DNA of 58,242 nucleotides, the filler included, from Dugesia japonica (Eukaryota): assembly GCA_001938525.1 (NCBI GenBank). It is 6 parts of 6 records of this genome, joined end to end, with 100 filler letters (N's around TTAATTAATTAA, not from the genome) between each part and the next. Parts side by side here need not be neighbours in the genome. Positions count along the whole stretch, not along the records: positions 1 to 8,386 come from MQRL01617679.1; positions 8,487 to 17,525 come from MQRL01607744.1; 4 more parts are not named here. One strand, written 5' to 3'. This document shows, one piece after another, positions 1 to 12,219 of the stretch. Within the stretch, counting starts at the first letter, position 1; each line of letters begins with the position of its first letter. The position numbers and the translations under genes were made by a program. The notes under the pieces are model-generated. The model saw nothing but the letters and a program-made list of their open reading frames with translations. It searched no databases and was not told where the DNA came from.

Positions 1-290
1 TGACTACTGTACAATTTCATAAAAATATTATCAACTACTGTGCAATTTTTTAAAATAATTTATGATTACTGTGTCATTTCAAATTATTTTTATTGACTAC
101 TGTGCAATTTCATAAATTATTTGGAGACTTCTATGCAATAATTNAATTATTTTCCCATTCTTTTACATAGGATTTTGAAATATTTATCGACTACTGGGCA
201 ATTTCAAATTATTTTTATCGATTATTCTGCAATTTATAAAATATTTATCGACTACTGTGTAATTTTAAAAAGCTTGTGCGATCATGTGTA
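1..290. repeat. ~33-bp minisatellite (GACTACTGTGCAATTT core)
   Basis: About 8 degenerate tandem copies of gactactgtgcaattt...tattatc. Confidence 0.85.
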
Positions 291-379
291 ATTTGATAAT
301 TTAATCTTTGATGTAATTAAATCATCGGAAATTTAATCCATCAATTAAATTTATTATGTAATTTTTAATTGGTAATAGT

Positions 380-2090
380 GTTGGGGTTCCACCTGAGTTA
401 GCGAGGGAAACAAATACTGGCCGGGGAAAAACGACCCTCAGGGAAACCCCTTCAAGAATTTTATCTAACGCTTCTAGGTTAGATTTTCGATGTAGAACGT
501 TTGACCGTCTACCTTTAAAGGGGGTTCTCACTCGTACATCTTTATTTTAGGTTCATTATCTTTCCCTTATACTTTTCATGTAATGAATCAATTAACAGTT
601 TTAGTATTGAATTATACTTAGTTATACTTTTTATAACTCACCCAGGCCACCAGGGTCCAGCCACTGGGCTGGGTCTGTCTCCAAAAAATCTAAAGCAGCG
701 ATATCGTCACTGTCGTCCCACTGCACCCACGTTGGGTTCCACAGTTGACGTGACAGGTCCGACATCGATCTTCCTCTGCAATAGTTGTTTAGCCTGTTCT
801 TCCAGGTTCTTTGTTTGACTCGCCAGGTCAGTCTGATTTTTAATAATTAAATCAAATTTTTTATCAACTGGTCGCGCTGCGCAAGATGCCGCTAGAGGGC
901 ACGATCTGCTTGACGCTTTAGGTGTCTTTCGACTAAAAAGCAACGCATTATTTTGTGACATCTCTTCAAGCTATTTGGAAACGTAATTGGGACACTAAAG
1001 TAGAAGACATTAAATTTATTATTTACTAAAAGAAAATGGTATCAGATAACAGTAAAGTCAAATATAAATGTTAATGTAATAAATTTATTTAGTAATAAAT
1101 AAAAACAATTTCACGGTCGCGTTGTCTGAGTCCCTTTATTTACCATAAGTGGCATGAGAGGCAGGGCCTTTCTTTATCTCAGAATATCTTCGACCAATTT
1201 ATTTTCTCGGTCTTGGTAAGACCTGGATGATCTCAGTGAAAGATTCGACTTGGGCCTTTTAGACCATCTCCTGATTCTAGGATGTCTCTGCCTCTAACTT
1301 AAATGCTAGGCACTTTTTCTTATAGCTTTTAATCTTAGCTACGGAAGCTTTGGTGTCCGCTTCCCATCGTCTCTTGGCGAGTTTGTAGAGATCCCAGGTG
1401 ATTTCGTCATCATCACTGGTCTCCTTTAAATTCTTGGTAGGGGACGTCAATTTATTTAAAGATGAGTGCACTGAAATCAAAATAATAAACCCATTAAAAC
1501 CCCTAAATTATTAAAATACAAACACTTAATAAACTCAAAACCATCAATGGAATGCTCTTATCAATAAACACCACTACCAAATAGAAAATTGTATTTAAAT
1601 CAGGTTCCTCATTAAATTTTATTAACAATGCGAAAAAATTAAATTCAGTTAAAAGTTTATTTATTAATTATAGCGTCTCGTTCCTTGTGTAGGGTGCATT
1701 ATTTTCGGCCGACCCGCCACTAGCACTAATTCGCAAGTCCCAGAGGATATTACCGATATCAACATGGAAACGAGTACCTGGTGGAGAGTGCGCCGCGGAC
1801 ACGAGCAAAAAAGCTGGTCCGTCCCACCATTCTCTTGTAGTCGAGCCAGTTACAGGATCCACGATCAGGACGCGGTGCATAACGTCCAGGGTCTGGTTTG
1901 GGCCTCTTCACTCATAGTATTCCTTTCTTTCAGCGGCATCTTATTCTCGTTCATTCTCCGCAACGAGAAGTGGCATATTCAAATAATCGCGCATGATCCC
2001 CGCACTACGATTGTGAGGGTTATGGTATCGCTTAAACACTACCCTGTTGGTGTGGGTGTCAAGTAGAGTTTCCCAAACAAAATTCATTCC
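380..2090 (-). pseudogene. Copy 1 of an unidentified four-block spliced gene/element family
   Basis: GC-richer blocks (~1660-2087, ~1140-1470, ~640-997, ~380-570) separated by AT-rich spacers, some with AG/GT boundaries (ctttag|tgtccc; ctgg|gtgagt). All four translated blocks align with 45550-47225; stops and frameshifts are present. Confidence 0.7.
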
Positions 2091-3099
2091 TAAATTGGGA
2101 GATAATAAGTAAACAAAAGAAAAATTATTGAATTTAAGTATAATATAATAGTAGTGAAAGAGTGTAAATTGAGCAAGTAAAGTCTTAATTTTATTAGTAG
2201 TATCAATGTAATCAATGTAAACGGACTTTTAATTATGCAAACTTGGTCTAAATATACACAGATCTTAGTGTGTTTAAATAACGTAGAGCAGCAAACAAAC
2301 TTAGTTTGTGGTGTGATTGGAAATTGAGACACTCTACAATCTGACTAACTAACTGAACTAGTGAGATTCTCTTTTTGCTAGAGTTGCATGCAATTAATTT
2401 AACACATGACACTTAATGACATGATTGATATACCAATTTATAGAGATGAATGCTTTGGTTGATACACACAATCGGATACGAATATTTACATTAGTATTAT
2501 TTGATAATTATAAACATCTGCATTGATTCTCTTATTATGACATTTGCTTGTATGCCTGCACATCTTGGTTTTATTACATAAAAGAGAGTCACGAACATTG
2601 ATCAACACTATTATGTCTACTTCTGAGGTGAATAATTATTGAGAAATTATTCTAGTCATATAGAATAACAAAAATGAGAGTAAACATCAACTTTGAACAT
2701 ATATTATTTTAACATTAATAATTTTATTTCAATTACATTTTGATATAAAGAAAAATTCACAAACACATTACTTACTGGTTTATTTATTGTGATTTCTGCA
2801 ACGGGTGAATTATCGAATGAACAAGATTTGAACTAGATTTATTGAGTTTACATCGGACTCTAACTCCTTCCAAAAAAAATTAATTTGAGATAAGCGTTGA
2901 AAATTTTACTTTATATTTTTCCACTAAATTTACGATATTTCTTCGCAGTAAAATTAGTTTGGATTATCCTGTACGGACTAGTAGATTTAGTAATTTCTGA
3001 ACAATAGGTTTTCCAATACGGCAAATTAAATGAATTTTGTTGATTGTTTGACTAAAATTTTCATGGGCTTTTAAAAGATTTAGGTAACTTTTAGATAAT

Positions 3100-3400
3100 C
3101 TTAGTAAATTATTAATTACCGAGGGTTAGTTTTAAGTGAATTTGAGCAATTATTTCCTCGAGTTGGTCAGTTTGGGTCAATTTTGGATAATTTGACCAAT
3201 TATTTACTCGGTTGATGTAGTTTTGGTCAATTATATACTAGGTATATACATACTCGGTTAATTATTTGCTCACAAGGGTAATTTTTGGGTGATTGGGTCA
3301 AATTTTTCAACAAGATTGGTCAGATTGGTTAATTTGTAGGCAATATTAGCCAATTATTTCCTCAAGTGTGGTCAATTTTGGGTAATTTTGGGATGATTGT
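3100..3400. repeat. GT-rich degenerate minisatellite (TTGGTCAATT...TTCCTCG)
   Basis: Repeated ttggtcaa / tttcctcg motifs; the same family occurs at 43200-43650. Confidence 0.65.
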
Positions 3401-3499
3401 AGTAAGGATATACTAGTGTACGAGATCAGCTGACTATTATATCCCCCCCGCAGTCAGCGATTTTTGGCTTACTGACTTTACACGAAATTTTTACTAGTT

Positions 3500-3790
3500 T
3501 TCATACACAATTTATGATTTTTGTCTGGCTGAGTACAACCTTTGACTGTTTGTTAGCTCATTTTGACAGTTGTACTATTTTTTGATTGCATATTTTGACT
3601 GGTAATAACTTTTGATAATTGTTTTACTATTTTTAACTACTGTTTTATTCATTTTGACTGGCTAAGTACAATTTGTGGCTGTTTTTGTACTATTTTTGAC
3701 TGTTGGTTTGCTCATTTTGACTGCTTATTTTGACTGCTGATCTAGTATTTTGACTTTTGTCCAATTTAGACTGGTGATTATTGCTTAAGT
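3500..3790. repeat. Degenerate TTTTGACTG minisatellite
   Basis: Many ttttgactg/ttttgacag units. Confidence 0.65.
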
Positions 3791-4199
3791 ATCTATGTTC
3801 TAAATTGTAACTACAGCTTTATTGTGGTAAGTTTGTTCCACCGCCACAACTATGCTGTGATAAGTTTGTGCCACCACCACAGCAAAGCTGTGCTCAATTT
3901 TGCTGATGATCACGGCTTCGCTGTTCTCATTTAAATAGTCAATTTGGATATCATTTGTAATGAGTTTGCTGATCATTTCTAACATGCTTACCTTATGGTG
4001 AATCCTTCAAGACACTTTAAATTCTTATGTAACTGAAACAATATGGGTATTGTTCAAATTGTAATGTGATGAAAAACATTTGCAGCATGTTTACAAAACA
4101 AACAAAACTACACACAAATAATAACACAAAATAACAACACAAATTATTAAAAAAAAGAAGAAAATTTTGAATGATACACATAAACTGTTCGACTGTAAA

Positions 4200-5260
4200 A
4201 TAGGCTTTCTGAAAACTCCGGTTTTTACGATTCGACGAGTCCTAGTTCAAAATTTAAAAAACTCGCCAAGTCCGAGTTCATAGTCTTTCACAAAATATAT
4301 TACAAGAATCTGATAAAAGAATATTACATGATTTTCAATTCAACTAAAATTTGCGATTTTAAAGTCGTGCCAAGAAATTAAAAAGAAAATTTACTCAAAT
4401 TTATTATTTAATTCATTTATTTTCAAAACTTAAAAGCTTTCAAACTAGATACATAATATAACTATTTGAACATTAACGTAATTTAGGTATTCATTTGATT
4501 AAATGTTTTTTAATTCCTTATTATTATTTATTTTTGGTTTAAGGTACAATTATTTTAAAAAAACCCAATAAATTTAAAGACTTTTCAGCAAGTTTTGATT
4601 TGATTTTAAAGCACTAGTTGCTACTAATTGAAAACATTCTTTCATTAGAAGTTGAAGTTGGTTTTTTAGATAAAAGTACGCTGCACAGATCATAAAGATT
4701 ACTAGTTCGTTTTTCAGTATATCTGAAAAGCCAAAATTCTTGTTTTAGTTTGCTATAAATCGCAGAATCCTTTAGAGGTGGAAGTTTGGCTGCGTTTTTC
4801 AAAATTATTTCAATCTCTTACTTCATTGCCAAAGTTTTAGCGTTTTGATTTTCAACTATTATTAAGTCTTGGTTTGGAAAAATTGTCGTTGATTCATTAT
4901 TATCATTTACTTGGTAAAGTGTTTTTTATATTTGTGTGGCTAAGTCTAAAGCCTGTTTAGAAGGTGAACATTTTAATTTTTAATTTAAATTTACTCGCTC
5001 AATTATTCTCATATCCATGTTATATAATAATTTCAACGCGATTTTACTTTTACAGTTCGACATTTTGCTTTAATGTAAAATCAGCTGAATGCATAGTCGT
5101 ATCTTTTTGGCTTAAAACCTTAATTGCTAATTTGGCAGGTTCAAGCGAATTCTGGAGATCTTTCAGCTCGTTAAAATCGATGTGATCAAGCATGTATGAA
5201 AATTTGAGATCCATCAAAGCTTCCTCGATGAATATTTGTAGTTTAACAAATATAATTATT
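4200..5260 (-). mobile_element. hAT transposon relic (C-terminal transposase, dimerisation domain)
   Basis: LYDLCSVLLSKKPTSTSNERMFSISS matches the hAT C-terminal PxxSxxxERxFS motif; upstream LEPAKLAIKVLSQKD helix; frameshifted. Confidence 0.85.
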
Positions 5261-5269
5261 ATATTAGCA

Positions 5270-7059
5270 AGTAGATAGATATGAGCGCACTGGCATCGAA
5301 CCCCCTATCCCCCGCCCCCCGCCTTCGACTGTTTCGGTTGTTTTGATGATTTTTTATTTGTAGCTTTTTAATTGTACGTTCTGAATATATGAAAAAATTT
5401 TTCGAATTCGGGTTGGAACGGTCGAATTTTTGCTCAGGAAGGTCGAAAATTCGAATTTTCGAAACAAACTTTTTCGGTCAAATTTTATCGTATAATTTCG
5501 AATNNGATATTGATCGTCTTAGAATTGAAAGGTAAACATTTTCTATATAGGGTTTGCTATATGAATATGGTTGGTTCTCCAAGAAAAGTTATGAGCGCAC
5601 TGGCAATTTTGACCTTGTTTTATAAATTACTCAGTCAATACTTATTGTATTGCACTAAAATGATAGCATTCAATTCAGAATAAAATTCCAAACAAGTTTT
5701 GTATAGGGTTTGTTGTATAAATATACTTGGTTCAAAAGATAGGAAATTCCCGGTAACCATGACCCGCCGAGGATGGAAAATTGAACTTTAGAAATACTAA
5801 TGATAATCAAAAAAAATTTGATATGAATCTTCTTAGAATTGAAAGGTGAACATTTTTTGTATAAGGCTTGCTATGTGAATATGCTTGGTTCTCCGAGAAA
5901 AGTTATGAGTGCACTGGCACTTTTGAGCTTGTTTTATAAATTACTCAGTCAATACTTATTGTATTGCACTGAAAATGATAGGATTCAATTCAGAATAAAA
6001 TTCCAAGCAAATTTTGTNNNNNNNNNNNNNNNNNNNNNNNNNNNNNNNNNNNNNNNNNNNNNNNNNNNNNNNNNNNNNNNNNNNNNNNNNNNNNNNNNNN
6101 NNNNNNNNNNNNNNNNNNNNNNNNNNNNNNNNNNNNNNNNNNNNNNNNNNNNNNNNNNNNNNNNNNNNNNNNNNNNNNNNNNNNNNNNNNNNNNNNNNNN
6201 NNNNNNNNNNNNNNNNNNNNNNNNNNNNNNNNNNNNNNNNNNNNNNNNNNNNNNNNNNNNNNNNNNNNNNNNNNNNAAAAAAAAATAATTTGAAACATTA
6301 AAAAATTTATATAGTAAGTCTGCGCGGGGAATTTAATTATGAAGTCTGCCTTGTACGATAGTTGCTATGGATATTACCTTGACCTACATTTATTCGACCT
6401 TGAAATATTTCACCAATTAGAATTGAGNNNNNNNNNNNNNNNNNNNNNNNNNNNNNNNNNNNNNNNNNNNNNNNNNNCTCACCGAGGATGAAAAATTATT
6501 TTTTCGAGAAATACTTATGATAAAATAACAAAATGGATACTTTTAAACTCAGAATTAAAATGTTTTAATTGTTTTAAATTTTAAATGGAAATTAAATAGC
6601 TTATGATTATTTTTTTTTCAAATTTTAAATGACGATTTAATAATAAAGTAAAAAGTTTGTTTAAATTTTAATATTAAAAAAAAAATAATTTGAAACATTA
6701 AAAAATTTATATAGTAAGTCTGCGCGGGGAATTTAATTATGAAGTCTGCCTTGTACGATAGTTGCTATGGATATTACCTTGACCTACATTTATTCGACCT
6801 TGAAATATTTCACCAATTAGAATTGAGTATACTGTATCACTGACCTTAAAAACTTTAACCAATCAGAACCGAGTATAAAGAGCCAATTTGACCTTGAAAT
6901 GGTTCAGCCAATCAGAATTGAGTATCATAAGCCACTTTGACCTTGAAAATTCAACATTGAAATGTTTCAGCCAACCAGAATCGAGTATAATGAGCCACTT
7001 TGACCTTGCAAAAATTTGGCCTTGAGGGGGGTGGCTATGTGCGCCAGGATCTATCTACT
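5270..7059. mobile_element. Non-autonomous TIR element (AGTAGATAGAT...GCGCAC termini; Kolobok- or Polinton-like)
   Basis: The left end AGTAGATAGATATGAGCGCAC and the right end (reverse complement) AGTAGATAGATCCTGGCGCAC match. There is an internal ~180-bp direct repeat (5519-5705 / 5832-6017) and a TGACCTTG/CCAAT tandem array; TTAA lies just outside the right end. Confidence 0.6.
6770..7025 (+). repeat. Tandem array of TGACCTTG + CCAAT(CAG) units
   Basis: About 5 units of tgaccttgaaa...ccaatcagaat(t/c)gagtat. Confidence 0.8.
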
Positions 7060-8027
7060 GCCTTTAATTTTTTGTTGGTTATTTACTGTTATATTTTATA
7101 AATGTTGTCTGATTACTTTTTATATTAAATTAAATTATTTCGTTAAGTTGATTAATTGAATCACGTATATGTTGAATGTGTAGTCATAAAGTAATAACTG
7201 ACAGTACGATTACTCGTTTTATTTCGAAACTATTGCATAACGTTGCCATATTTACTTTTGTTACGTTATCAACAGGTGATTCCGTTGATATATTTATGAC
7301 GTAATCAAATATTTCTAACGTGATAGTGTTTGGCCAATTTTTTAATAAATTCTATGAAAAAATCGACTGTTGATTATGTAAGAGATTTTTTTGACCTCTA
7401 CTATTATTAAAATATACATCAAGTTTATCACGATATACACATATTTTAATTATATTAACCCTTAAAAATTGGAAAACTAAAATGGAAAATTAAAATTAGA
7501 AAAGCAAAAAATTAGACAAGATTTTTGTGATTCCAAATTCATTTTTCATTGTAAAAACGTATTCAATAAAATTGTCAATTATCTAATACGAATCAATAAT
7601 AAACGAAAAAAATTTTTCAAAAATATACATGATATTTCAACAGAACTATATCATATAATATGGAAAACATGGAAAACCACATGGTGATTTTCTACATTTC
7701 TACAGAAATTCTAAACATTCAAATATAAAATTTATTTTTTTTTGAAAAAAAACATTAAAATTTATTTTAAATACAAACAAATATTTCATTAAAATAAAGA
7801 CAAAGCTTCGTTCAAATTAAAATGTATTTTTAAAGAAATTCTAATTTTCGACACTTGTCTTCTTCAAATATCGAAATTGTTGAAGTTTATAATTTATTTT
7901 TGCCAAAGATTAACAAAAAGAATTTATTTATATTAATAGTTATTTGATTACTTTAAATATTTTAGTTTTAATGCGTTGATTTCGTAAATATTGTTTTTTA
8001 TAATTATTTAATTTCTAAATATAAGTT

Positions 8028-8088
8028 ATGAGTGAAAATTTGCCAATTGTACTCAGAGCATTGGAACCAATTATTGCTCCAGTATCAG
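8028..8088 (+). CDS. Possible first coding exon (MSENLPIVLRALEPIIAPVS)
   Basis: ATG-initiated open stretch, GC-richer than its flanks, ending at a strong CAG|GTAAAT donor; no recognised homology. Confidence 0.25.
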
Positions 8089-8386
8089 GTAAATAATAAT
8101 TATTCTTACTTTATCGACTTGATGTTATATTCAAATATTTTTGATTCATTCACAATATAACTTGTGATTTAGTTTATTATTGCGACCAATTTTTAATACA
8201 TTAATTTCTAATAAATTATTATTTTCTGCAATCATTGCATTAATCTTGATTTATGCGTCGATAACAATTTTATTTATTGAATATTTCAATGTTTTGTTAT
8301 ACGTAGTTAATATTTATAGAGATTAAAAAGTTAAGATGTGTGTAATCAAAAATTATTCGAAATGAGTTCAATTATTTTTTGTCAAT

Positions 8387-8486
8387 NNNNNNNNNNNNNN
8401 NNNNNNNNNNNNNNNNNNNNNNNNNNNNNNTTAATTAATTAANNNNNNNNNNNNNNNNNNNNNNNNNNNNNNNNNNNNNNNNNNNN
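8387..8486. other. Artificial contig linker N44-TTAATTAATTAA-N44
   Basis: Exactly 100 bp with a six-frame stop core; occurs five times in the window. Confidence 0.95.
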
Positions 8487-9260
8487 TTTGTTAATTGGTT
8501 AATGAAATTTAACAAAACGTTTGTGAATCAGAATAGAAACATAATTATGATGCTTGATAACTGCATCTCCCATATCGATATCAATTTATCTAATATCAAA
8601 ATGATATTTTTATATTCTAACACAACCAGTCTTATTCCACCTTTAGATGCTGAAATTATGAAAATACTTTAAAGATAAATACAAGAATCTATTGATGGAA
8701 AGGCTCATGTTTTCAGAGAAAAGCAACATGGAAAAGATATTTAGATCAATAACGATATTTAAAGCTTGTGTTAGATCAAATAAAAATTACTACTATTACC
8801 AATTNNNNNNNNNNNNNNNNNNNNNNNNNNNNNNNNNNNNNNNNNNNNNNNNNNNNNNNNNNNNNNNNNNNNNNNNNNNNNNNNNNNNNNNNNNNNNNNN
8901 NNNNNNNNNNNNNNNNNNNNNNNNNNNNNNNNNNNNNNNNNNNNNNNNNNNTCTGATGCAAATCTATAAAAAAAGATGCTATTTATAAAATTATATACAA
9001 TTTAAAAGAATACTCAGCAGAGCTTGGCCCTGGTCAATTACAAGAAATATTTTCGCTATAAAATAAGTTGATGAAGTCAAACCAGACCCTTAAATAAAAT
9101 ATTATTGGGTATTTATTCAAATAACTATTTTAATATTCATTTTGTTTTTTGATTTATTAATAAATTTAGGGTTTTTACCATAAATTGTAAAATGGTGACC
9201 ACCTCCAAAAACGTGACCACTTCTTGAGAAAGTGGTCACTTTTAAAAGGTTCCACTTTAG
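8487..9260 (+). mobile_element. pogo/Tigger-type DDE transposon relic
   Basis: MLDNCISHIDINLSNIKMIFLYSNTTSLIPPLDAEIMK matches the pogo/CENP-B DDE motif LDN..H...LSN...FLPxNTTSxxQPLDxGII. The right end has gtgaccac subterminal repeats and aggttccact (CAGTGGAACC-type TIR). Confidence 0.8.
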
Positions 9261-9529
9261 ATAGTAGTGCATTGGGTCACAACTCTACTATTGGGGTTGA
9301 AAAACTCTTTGTTAAGTGATCCAAAAAAAGGTCAATCGAATTGCAGGAATGCATGATATAAAATAAATGATCCAGAAATTGGTCAATCAGATCGAAAGAA
9401 AAGTTTTTTCCTCTCACCATGTATGTGTATATATCTATCATTATTTGCATGCAGAGATTAGATAGAACTATAAGTCATTTATTGCTTCTCACTATAAGTA
9501 TGTAATTAGGGCTTGTAAAAGCTGATGGA

Positions 9530-9720
9530 TGATAATTTTTATGTGTTGACTTAGACTTTTACTTGTTGAGCGTTAATTTATATGGGTTGGATTAGACTTT
9601 TTTGAGATGGTTTATACTTTAATGTGTTGGTTTAGATATTTTATGTGTTGAAATAGAATTTTTCTGGTTGAGTGTCAATATTTTATAGGTTGGATTAGAC
9701 TTTTGTGAGACGGATTATAA
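9530..9720. repeat. Degenerate minisatellite (TGTTGGATTAGACTTT-like)
   Basis: Repeated gttg(g)attagactttt units. Confidence 0.6.
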
Positions 9721-10459
9721 TTTTAATGTTTTCACCATTAATCTTTAAGTAGAGTTTAATTTTTGTGTGAATACATACTATATTTATGTTATGAAATGCA
9801 ATTCTAATTTGATGGATTATAAGTAGGACAATCTTTTTTAACCTTATAAAGAAGAAACATTTGACGTTTTTTGATCAATATTTTGACTTAATAATGAAAA
9901 TCTTTGAAAAATCTTTGACTTTATTTTTCTTTTCTTAAACAATTATCACTGCTTAGTAGTCTTACAATTTTTGAAAATTTAGGATTGCAAATGAAAAATA
10001 TCAAGGTTTTACATTTTATTGAACATTATAACAACATAATTTTATTATCAAATTTCAGGGGCAAAGTTTCGATCTATTGCTAAAGGTTTATTCAATATAC
10101 AAAAATTTATTTTGACAGAAGCTGAAGTAGGCGGAAATTTCATTAAAAAAATATTCCATTGGTCAAATTGATTGCTTTTTCATGTCCCTTATTGTCATTA
10201 TAAGGTCAATCTTTTATTTATCATGTTAAAAAGAAAAATTTGACTTTTTTGACCAAATTTCGGACTTTATAATGCAGATGTTTTACTCATTACTCCATTT
10301 TTCATGAATCTTCCTTCCATCTTTAAACATTAGAAATTTCTATTAAAAAATTTCATAAATTGCATAAAATATAAAATTAAATGAATAAAAGATGTTTATT
10401 TTAATATATTTTTTAAAAATCAAATATAATTTTAATATAATAAAATATAAAATTAAATA

Positions 10460-10610
10460 TTTAGTATTTTCCGTTTTTAAATATGAATTTTTAAATTTAT
10501 TTGTTCAAACAATTAATTATGTTAACGTTTTTATTTTAATAAATTTATGGAGTTGAATTCTGATGTTAATGATTCGATGAGTTTTCCAAACTCATCTAAC
10601 AATCAATATG
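10460..10610. repeat. Dispersed repeat ending in a GATGAG...CTCATC hairpin (probable Penelope terminal repeat)
   Basis: Homologous to 21585-21735 and to the reverse complement of 25745-25870, which directly follows the Penelope ORF. Confidence 0.6.
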
Positions 10611-12219
10611 AAATTTATTAAAATTATTAGAAAATGATGATTTCGATTATTTATAAATAGGAGTTTCATTTTAAACTCTTTGGATCCCCCCTTTTAAAAA
10701 TCTTTAATCTTCTCTATATTCCTTATCACTGTTTTACTTCCCCCCTCCTTGCTTATGAAGTGATATAAAAAGTTGGGTTTCAGAATTAAATAGTAAGATA
10801 AGAATGTATCCATACATTTTTTATTAAAAGGTTTCCTTCCTTATCACAAAGTCAGCTAACGGTTCATATAAATTAAATAGTTCAAAGTTCACTTAAAATC
10901 TGCTATGCCAGAATTACCAGAAAATCGTAAAAAAAGAAAAAAAAATTTATAAAAACATTTTTAAAATGTATTTTTGATATTAATCTTTCATCAAGATGCA
11001 TCAGATTTGACTTCATTAAAATTCTAATAAGATGACGGATATGACTAACTTGTTTACAAATCCGTTTATGAATAAATAACGAGATATTCATCATATAAAT
11101 TTTAAACTTAAATAAAAAATGAATAAATTATTTACTTTCAAATTGTAAATAGATAAAATTTATTTTAAAAAGATTATAAAAATTTCTAAATGTTGCATTT
11201 ATGATGTATATGTATTGATATATTTAAACAATTTCAGTAGTGAATATNNNNNNNNNNNNNNNNNNNNNNNNNNNNNNNNNNNNNNNNNNNNNNNNNNNNN
11301 NNNNNNNNNNNNNNNNNNNNNNNNNNNNNNNNNNNNNNNNNNNNNNNNNNNNNNNNNNNNNNNNNNNNNNNNNNNNNNNNNNNNNNNNNNNNNNNNNNNN
11401 NNNNNNNNNNNNNNNNNNNNNNNNNNNNNNNNNNNNNNNNNNNNNNNNNNNNNNNNNNNNNNNNNNNNNNNNNNNNNNNNNNNNNNNNNNNNNNNNNNNN
11501 NNNNNNNNNNNNNNNNNNNNNNNNNNNNNNNNNNNNNNNNNNNNNNNNNNNNNNNNNNNNNNNNNNNNNNNNNNNNNNNNNNNNNTAAATTATTTTTACG
11601 GCAATATATTATTTACAAGCGATATCTGCACACATTCATTGGCACTACCGGCTAGATACACTAACTTGATTTCAGTTATAGTAACTATTTATTGATATCT
11701 AAATTAAACGATTATTATAAAAATTCATTATTAATTTCGTTTTATATTATTTTTAGATATTTATTTTTCAAATAAAAATAAAACCATATTTAATAAATAA
11801 TAGTTTATATAATTATTAATTGTAAATAAATCCTAATGTCTTTCTTTTAATTTTATATTTATTTGGAATATAGGCTTAGCTAATAATTTCGTATTTCTTT
11901 ATTCTGTATTGTTTCGATAGCATTATTATATAAAACAAAATTTGATTATTATACAATAATTTTTCAAATATTTTTAAGTAAATGTTAAAATAGATAACTG
12001 ATATAAAAATCTGACCCGTTATTATGCATATTTAGTAACTAACAGAATATTATGTTTATTATTATTCCTTAAATAAATTTGAAAATTATTCAGTTTTCCG
12101 TATATTATTAAAAGAATTATCATATTTAAAGTCCATACTAGCACAATACCATAAAAATCTAAACCCATATCAAATTAAAGCAAGATATTTAGTAAAAAAC
12201 AGAATATCAATTTAATCAA

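Noticed and set aside
1764-2066. 100-aa plus-strand ORF with a hydrophobic stretch
   Set aside because: Homology with the second copy is on the minus strand; this is an antisense shadow.
5839-6301. ORF-track entries running through N gaps (also 8692, 11215, 22593, 32258, 35171)
   Set aside because: Open only because of Ns.
6277-6827. Exact ~150-bp duplication (6277-6427 = 6677-6827)
   Set aside because: The first copy is isolated between N gaps and identical; likely a scaffolding artefact.
8431-8442. Recurrent TTAATTAATTAA palindrome as a biological site
   Set aside because: Always centred in 100-bp N linkers; artificial six-frame stop spacer.
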